Assembly (NCBI GenBank): GCA_963681965.1
Contig: OY820579.1
Location: 1,088,001-1,152,000 of the forward strand
From: a bacterium
GTDB lineage: Bacteria > Electryoneota > JAOADG01
Direction: 5' to 3'
DNA: 64,000 bases
Part shown: positions 50,277 to 62,343 of the stretch, piece by piece
How positions within the stretch are numbered: the first letter of the stretch is position 1
Layout: the number at the start of each line of letters is the position of its first letter
Notes under the pieces: model-generated
Told to the model about the DNA's origin: nothing
The model's input: the letters and a program-made list of their open reading frames with translations, nothing else
The model's database searches: none
Position numbers and translations under genes: made by a program

Positions 50277-50804
50277 ATGGAAAACAAGAGCCATTTCATT
50301 CAACGTCAATCGATGCGTCAATCCATTTTGGATTATTCGGTGGGGTTCTTTTTCATCACAATTTGTACGGATCGACGCCGGTGCTATCTTTGTCGCATTC
50401 GCAACGATGAAGTCGCACATAGTTGGATTGGTCAAATCGTCGAAGAAGAGTTGAAAAAATCGACCTTGATCCGATCCGAATTGATCCTTGACAAGTATGT
50501 AATCATGCCGAATCATCTTCACATGATCTTAGGCATGAATCGCGATATTCCATTTGGATCAATCAAAAGCTTTACATCGCCTGCCAAAAATTTTGGCGCG
50601 TTTATTCGTACTTTGAAAGCGGTGACAACAAGACAGATTCGAGAACGAATCGGAAAATCCGATTTCATCTTATGGCAAAGGAACTTCTACGATCACAGCA
50701 TTCGGAATGAGGACGATTATCGCAAAACGATTCAATACATCGATCTGAATCCATCGAGATGGAGTTGTGATCGAGAGAATCCGGTTTTGATTGGAAGAGA
50801 ATAA
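50277..50804 (+). mobile_element. REP-associated tyrosine transposase (RAYT, Y1 HUH family)
   Basis: FFITICT, HUH motif MPNHLH, WQRNFYDHSIR, catalytic YI..NP..W; flanked by inverted REPs. Confidence 0.9.
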
Positions 50805-50818
50805 AGAATTCAGAGAAC

Positions 50819-50842
50819 GGGCGTATTGCCATACGCCCCTAC
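50819..50842 (-). repeat. GTAG-family REP, copy 4 (inverted)
   Basis: Reverse complement GTAG-GGGCGTAT-GGCA-ATACGCCC. Confidence 0.9.
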
Positions 50843-50889
50843 TGAATAGCGAGATCGCTAGTCAGAATTTCATGATCGATCGTGCGAAA

Positions 50890-52669
<1,780 letters not shown>

Positions 52670-52680
52670 CGGAATTCTCT

Positions 52681-53082
52681 ATGTCGCTATTATTCGAAAT
52701 CGTTACACCTCGCGGAGTAGTTTTTCAGTCCAGTGCCCGGCATGTAAAACTGCCGGGCTCTGCTGGCGAATTCGGTATTCTTGCGGGACATACTCCGTTC
52801 ATGACAACAATGCAAGCCGGAGTAATCGAACTCACCACTCCTGACGGTCAAATGGCAAAATTTGCCGTATCGGCAGGTTTTGTTGAGGTGTTACCGGAAA
52901 AAATTGAAGTACTCGCCGAGACTGCCGAGACGGCATCGAGCATCGATCTGGTGCGTGCTGAAGCCGCCAAGAAGCGAGCCGAAGATACTTTGAGGAATCC
53001 ATCAGACAAGGTTGAAGCAAACCGGGCACATCTGGCATTAATGCGTGCAAAAGCCCGAATTAAAGCTAAAGGCACAAACTAA
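52681..53082 (+). CDS. atpC: F1 ATP synthase subunit epsilon
   Basis: EIVTP, GEFGILAGH.P, C-terminal helices ending ALMRAKARI. Confidence 0.95.
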   Translation: MSLLFEIVTPRGVVFQSSARHVKLPGSAGEFGILAGHTPFMTTMQAGVIELTTPDGQMAKFAVSAGFVEVLPEKIEVLAETAETASSIDLVRAEAAKKRAEDTLRNPSDKVEANRAHLALMRAKARIKAKGTN

Positions 53083-53177
53083 TTTTTATTCCCGATCTAG
53101 TTTACATTTTTTTTCTTGAACGGTCAAAGCGGTTCGGAAAGCTTTGATCGGTTATTTATATTGTTGAATGAATGATC

Positions 53178-53206
53178 TTGACAAAGCCTCAATCAGGCTT
53201 CATATT
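53178..53206 (+). promoter_or_regulatory. Putative sigma70 promoter with palindromic spacer
   Basis: TTGACA, 17-nt spacer AAGCCT-caatc-AGGCTT, then CATATT. Confidence 0.5.
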
Positions 53207-53280
53207 CTATGTAAACCTAGTTGTTTCAAGAGTCACTATTCCCGAACTGGTCAAATAAGATCGAATGTAGGGGTGCAAGA

Positions 53281-55455
53281 ATGATTCAAACGGCGAAACG
53301 CCTTGCTGGACAGGTCTGTCTGGCAGCGACCGTTTATGCGTTGACCACATTTTCCTTTGCCCAAGAAATGCCCGCCTCGTGGGTAGATCGTGTTTTTTCA
53401 CGCGCCAAAGCGATTCACGTCGCAAAAGAAATGAGTGGATTCACCGCCAATCTTCAATTGCGGGAAGCCTTCTTATCGCAGATGATTACCGGAAATAACA
53501 AAGAAATCCGGCATCGCAGTCGTTTAGGTGGGCAAGTTCCGAATATCAATTGGCCGAAATCAGACGAACTGGATTATTGGAAGCTACGAGATACGTTGGA
53601 TTTAATCGGCAGCTTTGAAGATTATCGGAAAATTGCAATTAAAGATTATAACGAGAAATTAGTAGCTGCTCGGAAGCTAAAACTCGATTTGATCAGTACC
53701 GGTTCTGCCCTTGATTTAGAGCGGATGCGCGATAACGATTGGACCGTTTTCCAAAGTTATATTTCGGGCGATAATGGGGACAATAAATACCCGTTTGACC
53801 CTACTCTTAGCTTGATGCTTTCCGATGAATATGCCCGAAACTATCCCCAAGCACTTGCTGATAGCTTCTGGTTCTATCGCGGTGAGGCGGCACTTTCTGG
53901 CGGTTATTACGACGATGCGATCATTGCATATGGTCGGATTGTCAATCAGGAAGGGTCGAGTTTCCGGAAGTTCTCCTTTACTCGATTAGCATTTCTTTAC
54001 TCCGAAATCGGTGATCAAGAACGGTCCGAAGAGAACTGGAAGGCGTGGATAGCTGCAGGAAAACCAAATGCTTCCGAGGGGAGAATTCAGTTCTTCACCG
54101 GGCGCCTAAGATATGAAAGCGGCGATTATTCCGGCGCATTAGAAGCATTGCGGGAGATCAATTCCAATAGCATTTATGCGCTCGAGACTGATTTACTTCT
54201 TGGTATGTGTTATGGTATGGTCGGGCAATACGATGCGGCATTGAAATCGTTACAGCCGATTGTCAGCAACAAATTGTTGAACGAAGTGACAATTACGGCT
54301 GAAATGAAGATCTTTGCGCAGATCAAATTCGCCCAAATTCAGAATTTAGCCGGACATCCGGACGACGCTTTAAAAACGCTGACACCGCTTAATTCTCAGG
54401 ACATGTTTGGGGATCAGGTACTCATTTCCCGGGCATGGATTTTCCGTTCGATACCGAAGTATTCCGAGACGATTTCGACATTGGACACATTAATTACCCG
54501 CGCAGGTTGGAGCCCATACGTACCTCTAGCATCGGCTTGGAAAGCAGAAATCGCCGAATTGGAAAAAGGTACTTTAGCGGCTCTTCCAGCGTACGAAAAA
54601 CTATTGTCGATGGTCGATCAAAATCAACAATTGTTGGCGTATTCTGAGGAGCGATATAAGCTTTACGAATTGGACAACAAGCTCTCATTACTCGAAGGAG
54701 ATATTCTCCGAGCCAACGATATCGGTTTGTTTGCTAAATTCCTCGATCAGCGCAATCGCAATCGACTACTGATTCAAAAAAATCGACATGGCGCCGCGTT
54801 AGTTGCCAATCCTGCATTAGCTGCACTATACGAAGAAGAGATTGCCGTTTCGAAGATGAAACGGGATTTGGCGGGTGCACGCAAAGAAATCGATTTTGAA
54901 CATCAGGGATCGGTAGCGAAAAAGTACTTTAAAGTCGAAGCGAAAACTCACGATCTTTCCACCAATCTGGAAGAGATGATGAGTCGCGCAAGCCAATTTA
55001 CACCAGCATTACAACGTCAAGCCGACGTCGCAGCCTTTAACAAACAAGTTCGGATTTTGGCGCAACGTTCGCGCGAATTGATCGATCAATATCGACCCGA
55101 TCAAACCTTCAATGTTCCCGACCGAGCCGTGTTAACCAACATGCATTTCGACGAATTCAATGCAAAAATGCTAACGTCCAAATTGGACGAAGTAGAAACC
55201 GATATCAATCGTGCCGCTGGATTCGCGTTAGCGCGATATGCTTTGGGCGGCTTCGATTTCGATGTCTTGCAACGCGAACGTGAACGAAGCGATGAATTGA
55301 CGAATTATATCAAGAAATTGGAAAATGCGCTGGCGGAAAAGAAAGAAGCGGACGAAGAAGCGAAATTAGCCGAACCGACCGAAGAACCGAAACCAAGCGA
55401 AGTTTCGGAACCAGTTTCACCGTCCAATCCGACAACACAACCGGAAAAGAAGTAA
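53281..55455 (+). CDS. Secreted TPR/coiled-coil protein (Glt-like cluster component)
   Basis: Signal peptide, TPR-like helices, C-terminal coiled coil; first gene of the motor cluster. Confidence 0.7.
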   Translation: MIQTAKRLAGQVCLAATVYALTTFSFAQEMPASWVDRVFSRAKAIHVAKEMSGFTANLQLREAFLSQMITGNNKEIRHRSRLGGQVPNINWPKSDELDYWKLRDTLDLIGSFEDYRKIAIKDYNEKLVAARKLKLDLISTGSALDLERMRDNDWTVFQSYISGDNGDNKYPFDPTLSLMLSDEYARNYPQALADSFWFYRGEAALSGGYYDDAIIAYGRIVNQEGSSFRKFSFTRLAFLYSEIGDQERSEENWKAWIAAGKPNASEGRIQFFTGRLRYESGDYSGALEALREINSNSIYALETDLLLGMCYGMVGQYDAALKSLQPIVSNKLLNEVTITAEMKIFAQIKFAQIQNLAGHPDDALKTLTPLNSQDMFGDQVLISRAWIFRSIPKYSETISTLDTLITRAGWSPYVPLASAWKAEIAELEKGTLAALPAYEKLLSMVDQNQQLLAYSEERYKLYELDNKLSLLEGDILRANDIGLFAKFLDQRNRNRLLIQKNRHGAALVANPALAALYEEEIAVSKMKRDLAGARKEIDFEHQGSVAKKYFKVEAKTHDLSTNLEEMMSRASQFTPALQRQADVAAFNKQVRILAQRSRELIDQYRPDQTFNVPDRAVLTNMHFDEFNAKMLTSKLDEVETDINRAAGFALARYALGGFDFDVLQRERERSDELTNYIKKLENALAEKKEADEEAKLAEPTEEPKPSEVSEPVSPSNPTTQPEKK

Positions 55456-55488
55456 CCTGTTCGTTCGGACAGATAGGAGCCGTAGCTT

Positions 55489-58400
55489 ATGCTTCGCCAA
55501 CAGCCGAATCGTTTGTCGATAGCAATAATCACCGGAATACTCTTGTTATGTATCGGGAGCGTGTATTCAGCTACTCCTGCAGCACCTGCTGCTGGTACTG
55601 AAACAGCTCGCGATACTGCTTATGTCAAACAATGGCAACAAGAGCGTTTAGTGATCGAACGACAAATTAGCGAGCTTTCGCGAGTCGCTTCTTCCCAATT
55701 GTCGGATCCAAACTCCCCGGCATCCAGAAGAGTAACCGATCTTCGCGATCGCCTCAGTGCGATCGATCTGAAAATTAAGGTTCTTGAGTGGAATGCGTTA
55801 CCAATCGATTCATTATTGGCAATGGAAACCAATTTCCGCAAGGAAAAAGAAGCAGTTAACGAGCAATATCGTGCTACCTGGAAAGCCTACATCGGAAAAG
55901 CGGAACAGTTTCTGATTAATTGGAATAAAGACCCGAGCTTTCAGGCTTTGCGCGGTAAAAAAGAAGCGAACGCCGATCTATTGGCTCAAGTTACTTTGCG
56001 GTTAGCGGAGCTTTATGCAATTCAGGCTGTTGATACGTTTGGTTTGTTACAGGAAAAATGGTTAGCATCCGGTGCTCCCGCGAGTATGGAACCAAAGCTT
56101 GATTTTGGCAAAGCGGAGCAGATGTACCGAACCGTGTTAACGGAATATCCCAATTCTCAATGGGCTTCTGATGCTTTATATAGCTTAGCATACATCCGGG
56201 GTGAAGAAGGCGAACAACTCGAACAACCGGCACTTGCCAGTCAAAAACGAGAAGAATCAAAATCGAAGTATCAGACCTTATTGAATGACTATGCCGACAG
56301 TAAATACCGGGAAGACGCGATGTTTGCACTCGGTAAATACTGGTTGGTAACGCCGCCGAAAGGTATTCCAATTAAACAGCAGTTGGACTCGGCACAGCAT
56401 TACTTTAGTCAAATTTTATTGACCCCTGAATCGAAACGAAGCAAAGACGCACTCTACATGTTGGGGTGGACTGCTTTTCGCCGACCCGATTATCCGACAG
56501 CGCTGGATTATTTCGTCCGCACAATCAATTTTGATTATGAACGCGTAGCGACAGAAGATACAATTGGAAGCGCACGGTTCAATCAAGACGCTATTGCCTA
56601 CATGGCTGAAATCTTCTCGGAACCAGTCAGAACCTGGGATGGCGCTGGCGTTGCCAAGGCAATCGAGTTTGTTGGCAGTGATACGATTAAGCTAGAGCGC
56701 TTCGGCATCAAAATGCTCGAATTGATTGGCGATCGCAATCAAAAAGTATTGAATGAGTACGACTCCGCAATTTACGTCTGGAAGGGTGCGATTACATTAG
56801 CACCGATGCATGCCCGGGCACCGTTTATTCAGCAGAAGATTGTTGAGTCTGCGTTGAACGATAAACATGACATGAATCTCTGGTTTGCCGAGGGCAAAAC
56901 CCAATTCACCAACTATCGGATTGAAAGCGACTGGTGGAAATCAAACCGGAAATTGTCGCTGCGTAAAGAAGTGAAACCGATTGTCCGTGATACCTACAAT
57001 CGCGTCGTTGCTTATGCCGTCGATCGATCGATCAACAAAGACCGACCTGATTTCAATCCCAAGATGGCGGAAGAAGCCGCGCTCGTGAGTGCGGAATATG
57101 TTAAAGCGTTCCCGTCGGATAGTATGGCGTACGAATGGAATTTCCAATTGGCGAACCTGTTAGCCAACACGCCTAATAAATCCGAAGCAGCCTACGCCGA
57201 GTACAAGAACGTAGTTGGTAATAAGCTGTATACGAAATACAAACAACCGGCAGCGCAACAAATGCTCGCAGTTGCTGACGAAATGGCTACGAACGATGAG
57301 AAAACTCGTCCCTTCACTCCGTTCGGCAGCGATACAACAACTGGTTTACCAGTAGCAACAGTTGACTCCCTTACTCCCGGTGAAATGTTACTAGCCAATG
57401 CCGCAAACGAATATGCGACGATGTTTTCCGATGATAAATCGATTTCTCCTGCTTATTTATACAAGGCTGGAAGAATCAATTATCAGCGTGGTCAAATTGC
57501 AGCAGCAAACAGCTTCTTCGATCAGATAATTACGAAGTATCCGCAGACCAAGGTGACTGAACGTGCATATCAACTATATGTAGAAGGATATCTTGTTCAG
57601 CGGGATTTCGCCAATGCGGAGCGCTTGACCAAGGAAATTCAAACATCCTCGGTCAGCGATACTTTGAAGCGATTTGCTCAGGAACGTCGTGCCGCAGCAA
57701 TCTTCTCGTCGGCTACGATTGCATCGAACACTGCCGATGTCGCAGTGGCAGATACTGCCGCGACCGAGCAGAGCAAAACCGACCGGAAAGCGCAATTTGA
57801 AAAGGCTGGCGACGATTACGTTCGGGTCGTTACTGAAATTCCCGACTTTAAAGATGCCGATATGGCGTTGGAGAACGCTGCAGTCTCTTACCGAAAAGCC
57901 GAAAAGCCGGAAAAGGAAATCGATGCTTACATGATGTTGGCGCAGCGCTTCCCGTCTTCGAAACGTACGCCACGAGCACTGTTTAATGCCGGTTTGATTT
58001 ATCAAAATGAACTTAAGAAACCGCTTGATGCCGCCAAGACCTTCGACCGGTTGGTTACATCCTATCCCGAAGGTGAACACGATGTAAAGCAAGCGATGAT
58101 TAATGCATCTTACAACTTCGAAGCGGCTCAGGATTATGCCGACGCAGTTCGAATTAATCAGCGATTTGCCGACAAATATACTGGCGATGAAGTCGCGACA
58201 GCACTGCTGTTTAAATCTGCTGCCTTGTATTTGAAGATGGGTGATGTCGCTGCCGCAAACCGTATTTACGATGATTTCTCGCGCAAGTATCCGGATCATC
58301 CGAATGCGATTTTGGCGAATTACGAACGTGGTAAATATGCGCAGGAACATGGCGATCTAGCTCAAGCGAAAAACGAGTATTCTGCCGCAGTCAATCGCCA

Positions 58401-61221
58401 CAGCACGTTGGTGAAGGCTGGTAAGCCGGGTAATCCCGAATATGCATCGAAATCGTTAGCACAATTGGTTACTTGGGATTTGGATAAATACAAAGCAATT
58501 CAGTATAGCTGGCTGGATAAATCTGCTGAAGGCGCGACTGAGCGCAAGGAAAAAGCGAAGCAACACGATGCAATTTACGAGCAGATTAAAACCTTGGTTG
58601 AATTTGGACAACCGGAACAGTTTGCTGCGCTTTACTGGGCGGGTGAGGTTGAAGAGAACTTAGGTACAACCTATCTCAACCAAAAAATGCCAAAGATAAC
58701 GAAGCCGGAAGACGAATTCTTCAAGCGTCGCGACGTTATTTATAGTACGATTCAGATTTATGTCAAGGCAGTAAACGAGTACGCATCGTCGTTGAAGCGC
58801 TTCGAACAAACGATCAAAGCATTGGAAGAGTTCCAAGCTAGCCGTGCTTCGGCTCGTGATGCATTGCAATCGTGGATCGATGCGAATACCATTTCAGCAC
58901 CAGCGGGACTTTCCGATTCTACTACTGTGCTGGATGGAATAAAGAAAGGTATCGGCAGACTTGATGCCGCATTGACTGAAGCCAGACGGTGGCAAAGTGC
59001 TACCCGCGAAAAAGCACCGGAATTAGCCAATCGCGCAGCCAGTCTAAAAGCTGAAATCTTCCGAATGGCATTGGCACTACCTGATGCCGCAGTGCCGCGC
59101 CTCGATCCGTTGGTCGGTCGCGCTTTGTACCGACAGCAAGTGTTGCGCGATGTCGTTGGTCCGTCGACAAAGGATTTATTTGACGATTATCTAGCGGCAA
59201 TTCAAGTTGCACGCGACGCCGGATTTGAAGAAAAATGGGCAGTTCCGGCACGCGAAAGCATGAGAAATGCACTGGATACGATGATGCAAGCTGCCAGTGA
59301 ATTGAACAACCGCTGGTTCACCGTATTCGAGAAAGATCACAACGCGTTACAGGAATTGTTACCAAAGGGTCCGAATGGACGCGATAGATTGAATCGCGAC
59401 GTGTTGTATTACACTGCCGAAATGATGCAGGTCATCGAATTTTACGGTGGTGAAAAAGGCGTTTCCAGCTTAATGAATATTCTGATGGATAGTCTTTTCG
59501 TGAAGATCGCCAAAGATGCGCCGGGTATACCAACTCTCCAACCAGCGATCGACCAAGTGGTCACATGGTATTTGAGAGAGTCCGATCGCGCAGAACAATT
59601 CTTCAATGTGGCGAAAACTGCTGAAGCAACGGCACGAGAGAAAGCGAAGGAAACGAACGAGCAGCAGTATACCGACGCTTTTACCGGTTACGAAACTGTT
59701 AAGTTGACCTTCCAACAACAAAATCGCGATCTGTTGACTTCCATCTACGACTTGGCAGAGCGGAACGGATTGAAATCTGCACAGATGCAGCCAGTATTGC
59801 AGAAGCTTGCAGTGATCGATCCGGAAACTTACGGACCGAAGATTGGTTTGCAGTTGACTGAAAATTGGATCGGTTCAGATGATAGCTGGATTGGAATTGA
59901 CCATCCGGTAGATAATTTCCAAGAACCGAATCTTGACGTTTCAAATTGGAAATATGTCGATGCAGTAAGCCAGATTGATGCTCCGCTAGATAGTTTTACT
60001 GTAGCGAAAGCTATTCCTGTTTCCACATTCCGACCGGGTGAACCATCAAAAGCCGGAAAGCATTGGTATCGTAAATCTGTTTGGATTCCCGAACGAGTTA
60101 CAATGGCTGAAGTCCGCGTGATCGCTGCCGGTAAAGTATCGATCTATGTGAATAAGGACTTCATCAGCGAAACACCTGAGGGCGCGGATTGGAAAGCACC
60201 GATTATTCAAGATGTATCTGCTCAAGTCAAACCCGGATACAACGTTATTGCGTTCGAAGTTGCCGACAGTCTGAATACAGGTGGATTTCTGGTCGCAGCG
60301 ATGAAATATCGAACTGTGCCCGGTTCGGTGACTCCGGTATTGCCGGAACCGCCGAATGCGATTACAATCCAAAAGGTAGGTAAGAATATTGAGGTGACTG
60401 CGCCGGCTCAGACACCACCGGTTCAAGAAACTCCAGCACCTGCTCCGGCAGAAACGCCTGCAGCAACGCCACCGGCTCAAGAGACTCCGGCACCGGCACC
60501 GGTTGAAACTCCGGCAGCAACGCCACCGGCTCAAGAGACCCCGGCACCGGTCGAAACTCCGGCAGCAACGCCACCAGCTCAAGAGACTCCGGCACCGGCA
60601 CCGGTCGAAACTCCGGCAGCAACGCCACCGGCTCAAGAGACTCCGGCACCGGCACCGGTCGAAACTCCGGCAGCAACGCCACCAGCTCAAGAGACTCCGG
60701 CACCGGCACCGGTCGAAACTCCGGCAGCAACGCCACCGGCTCAAGAGACCCCGGCACCTGCACCGGTTGAAACTCCGGCAGCAACGCCACCGGCTCAAGA
60801 GACTCCGGCACCGGCACCGTTTGAAACTCCGGCAGTAACGCCGCCGGCTCAAGAGACACCGGCACCTGCACCGGTCGAAATTCCGGCAGCAACGCCACCG
60901 GCTCAAGAGACCCCGGCACCTGCACCGGTCGAAACTCCGGCAGTGACGCCACCGGCTCAAGAGACTCCGGCACCTGCTCCGGTTGAAACTCCGGCAGCAA
61001 CGCCACCGGCTCAAGAGACTCCGGCACCTGCTCCGGTTGAAACTCCGGCAGCAACGCCACCGGCTCAAGAGACTCCGGCACCTGCTCCGGTTGAAACTCC
61101 GGCACCAGTTCCGACTGAACCATCTGTTCCAGTAGTAACACCGGAACAAACGCCACCTGCGACTGTTCCGGTAGTACCGGATACGACTAATCAGGCTGTT
61201 CCGGATACGACTAAGAAGTAA
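55489..61221 (+). CDS. Giant secreted TPR protein (GltD/AgmK-like) with jelly-roll domain and Pro/Ala/Thr repeat tail
   Basis: 1910 aa, signal peptide, many YPxS...ALY/ALF TPR units, WYRK...IYVN...GYNVIAFEV domain, 18-aa repeats. Confidence 0.8.
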   Translation: MLRQQPNRLSIAIITGILLLCIGSVYSATPAAPAAGTETARDTAYVKQWQQERLVIERQISELSRVASSQLSDPNSPASRRVTDLRDRLSAIDLKIKVLEWNALPIDSLLAMETNFRKEKEAVNEQYRATWKAYIGKAEQFLINWNKDPSFQALRGKKEANADLLAQVTLRLAELYAIQAVDTFGLLQEKWLASGAPASMEPKLDFGKAEQMYRTVLTEYPNSQWASDALYSLAYIRGEEGEQLEQPALASQKREESKSKYQTLLNDYADSKYREDAMFALGKYWLVTPPKGIPIKQQLDSAQHYFSQILLTPESKRSKDALYMLGWTAFRRPDYPTALDYFVRTINFDYERVATEDTIGSARFNQDAIAYMAEIFSEPVRTWDGAGVAKAIEFVGSDTIKLERFGIKMLELIGDRNQKVLNEYDSAIYVWKGAITLAPMHARAPFIQQKIVESALNDKHDMNLWFAEGKTQFTNYRIESDWWKSNRKLSLRKEVKPIVRDTYNRVVAYAVDRSINKDRPDFNPKMAEEAALVSAEYVKAFPSDSMAYEWNFQLANLLANTPNKSEAAYAEYKNVVGNKLYTKYKQPAAQQMLAVADEMATNDEKTRPFTPFGSDTTTGLPVATVDSLTPGEMLLANAANEYATMFSDDKSISPAYLYKAGRINYQRGQIAAANSFFDQIITKYPQTKVTERAYQLYVEGYLVQRDFANAERLTKEIQTSSVSDTLKRFAQERRAAAIFSSATIASNTADVAVADTAATEQSKTDRKAQFEKAGDDYVRVVTEIPDFKDADMALENAAVSYRKAEKPEKEIDAYMMLAQRFPSSKRTPRALFNAGLIYQNELKKPLDAAKTFDRLVTSYPEGEHDVKQAMINASYNFEAAQDYADAVRINQRFADKYTGDEVATALLFKSAALYLKMGDVAAANRIYDDFSRKYPDHPNAILANYERGKYAQEHGDLAQAKNEYSAAVNRHSTLVKAGKPGNPEYASKSLAQLVTWDLDKYKAIQYSWLDKSAEGATERKEKAKQHDAIYEQIKTLVEFGQPEQFAALYWAGEVEENLGTTYLNQKMPKITKPEDEFFKRRDVIYSTIQIYVKAVNEYASSLKRFEQTIKALEEFQASRASARDALQSWIDANTISAPAGLSDSTTVLDGIKKGIGRLDAALTEARRWQSATREKAPELANRAASLKAEIFRMALALPDAAVPRLDPLVGRALYRQQVLRDVVGPSTKDLFDDYLAAIQVARDAGFEEKWAVPARESMRNALDTMMQAASELNNRWFTVFEKDHNALQELLPKGPNGRDRLNRDVLYYTAEMMQVIEFYGGEKGVSSLMNILMDSLFVKIAKDAPGIPTLQPAIDQVVTWYLRESDRAEQFFNVAKTAEATAREKAKETNEQQYTDAFTGYETVKLTFQQQNRDLLTSIYDLAERNGLKSAQMQPVLQKLAVIDPETYGPKIGLQLTENWIGSDDSWIGIDHPVDNFQEPNLDVSNWKYVDAVSQIDAPLDSFTVAKAIPVSTFRPGEPSKAGKHWYRKSVWIPERVTMAEVRVIAAGKVSIYVNKDFISETPEGADWKAPIIQDVSAQVKPGYNVIAFEVADSLNTGGFLVAAMKYRTVPGSVTPVLPEPPNAITIQKVGKNIEVTAPAQTPPVQETPAPAPAETPAATPPAQETPAPAPVETPAATPPAQETPAPVETPAATPPAQETPAPAPVETPAATPPAQETPAPAPVETPAATPPAQETPAPAPVETPAATPPAQETPAPAPVETPAATPPAQETPAPAPFETPAVTPPAQETPAPAPVEIPAATPPAQETPAPAPVETPAVTPPAQETPAPAPVETPAATPPAQETPAPAPVETPAATPPAQETPAPAPVETPAPVPTEPSVPVVTPEQTPPATVPVVPDTTNQAVPDTTKK
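60412..61107 (+). repeat. Intragenic 54-bp tandem repeat, about 12 copies (VETPAATPPAQETPAPAP)
   Basis: Directly visible 54-nt period; one 48-nt unit. Confidence 0.95.
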
Positions 61222-61262
61222 TCGTTTTACTGATTGACCTCATTCCAGAGGGGAGTTTATAT

Positions 61263-61559
61263 ATGAAAAAGTGGATTGGACTCTTAGCAATAGCAGTAGC
61301 GTTGCCAATGAGTGCGAAAGCACAACAGGCTGCGCCGCAAGTTATTACGCTACAACAGGAAACGATCAAAGGGGATGTGGTCATCCCCACGGGACGCACG
61401 AAACAGCGTCAAACACCGCAATTTCCTGTTTCTTCAATCGAATTGAAACCGAAGGAACTTCTAGCTCGGGTCCCACGGTCTTTAATCACGGTAGAGAAAA
61501 TTGAGCGAGTTCCGGTCAACAGTCTTGATGTCAACCTTCGAAAAAAGGTTGCGAAATAA
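61263..61559 (+). CDS. Small secreted protein, CglF/GltF-like
   Basis: 98 aa, signal peptide, I.L....I.G.V..P pattern; position in cluster. Confidence 0.55.
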   Translation: MKKWIGLLAIAVALPMSAKAQQAAPQVITLQQETIKGDVVIPTGRTKQRQTPQFPVSSIELKPKELLARVPRSLITVEKIERVPVNSLDVNLRKKVAK

Positions 61560-61659
61560 CCACCAAAGCTCTATATTCGCAAAAGCTTTGGGTATCCTTG
61601 ACGAGTTTTTTTTTACAAAAATCATTATGCAAGATCTAACTTAATCGACGGAGGAAAGA

Positions 61660-62310
61660 ATGAAGGTATTCTTGCAGTCGTATTTTGCTGCATACAGTTT
61701 AGACAATGAAGCAGCTTTCTTTATGTGGTTCCTTGCCCTAGTTGGAACGTGGGGTTGGATCATTGTGGTCGAACGCTTTTACACGATCTGGATGAAGGCA
61801 AATGTTAACCCAGCTGCTTTTATGGCAGAAATCCGCAAACTGGTGATGGCTGGCGACATCAAGAAAGCATTGGCACTTTGCCGTTCCGGTAAAGACCGTG
61901 CATTGCCCTATGTCATTGGAGCAATTCTCGAACAAGCTGATTCGAAAGGTGCTTACGATTTCCGTGCACTTCAGAACGCAGCCGACGAAGCAATTTTGGA
62001 AATTAATCCGAAATTGAACGCACGAACTAATTTCCTTGCGATGATTTCCGGTGTTTCGACACTTGCCGGTTTGATCGGAACGATTTACGGTTTGATCCTT
62101 CAGTTTAAATCGATGGGTCATACTGGTGGCGGTTCTGGCGGATTCGCAGTCGGTATTTCGGTCGCAATGATCGCAACGTTCGCCGGTCTGGTCAACGCTA
62201 TTCCAATGCTGATGTTGGAATCCGTGATCAAGAACAAGACGAACTCGATTATCGATGCTATCGATGAGCATTCCGTTAAGCTGATGAATTTACTCACCAG
62301 CGCCAAGTAG
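61660..62310 (+). CDS. MotA/TolQ/ExbB proton-channel protein (AglR-like)
   Basis: TLAGLIGTIYGLI and AMIATFAGLVNAIP helices; SD GGAGG. Confidence 0.92.
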   Translation: MKVFLQSYFAAYSLDNEAAFFMWFLALVGTWGWIIVVERFYTIWMKANVNPAAFMAEIRKLVMAGDIKKALALCRSGKDRALPYVIGAILEQADSKGAYDFRALQNAADEAILEINPKLNARTNFLAMISGVSTLAGLIGTIYGLILQFKSMGHTGGGSGGFAVGISVAMIATFAGLVNAIPMLMLESVIKNKTNSIIDAIDEHSVKLMNLLTSAK

Positions 62311-62343
62311 TTCGGTTTCGTTCATCCACACGAGGAGTGAGAG

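Noticed and set aside
60046-61156. Arg/Cys-rich and PEF-repeat ORFs on other frames; possible CRISPR-like periodicity
   Set aside because: Alternative readings of the 54-bp coding tandem repeat; no unique spacers and no cas genes.
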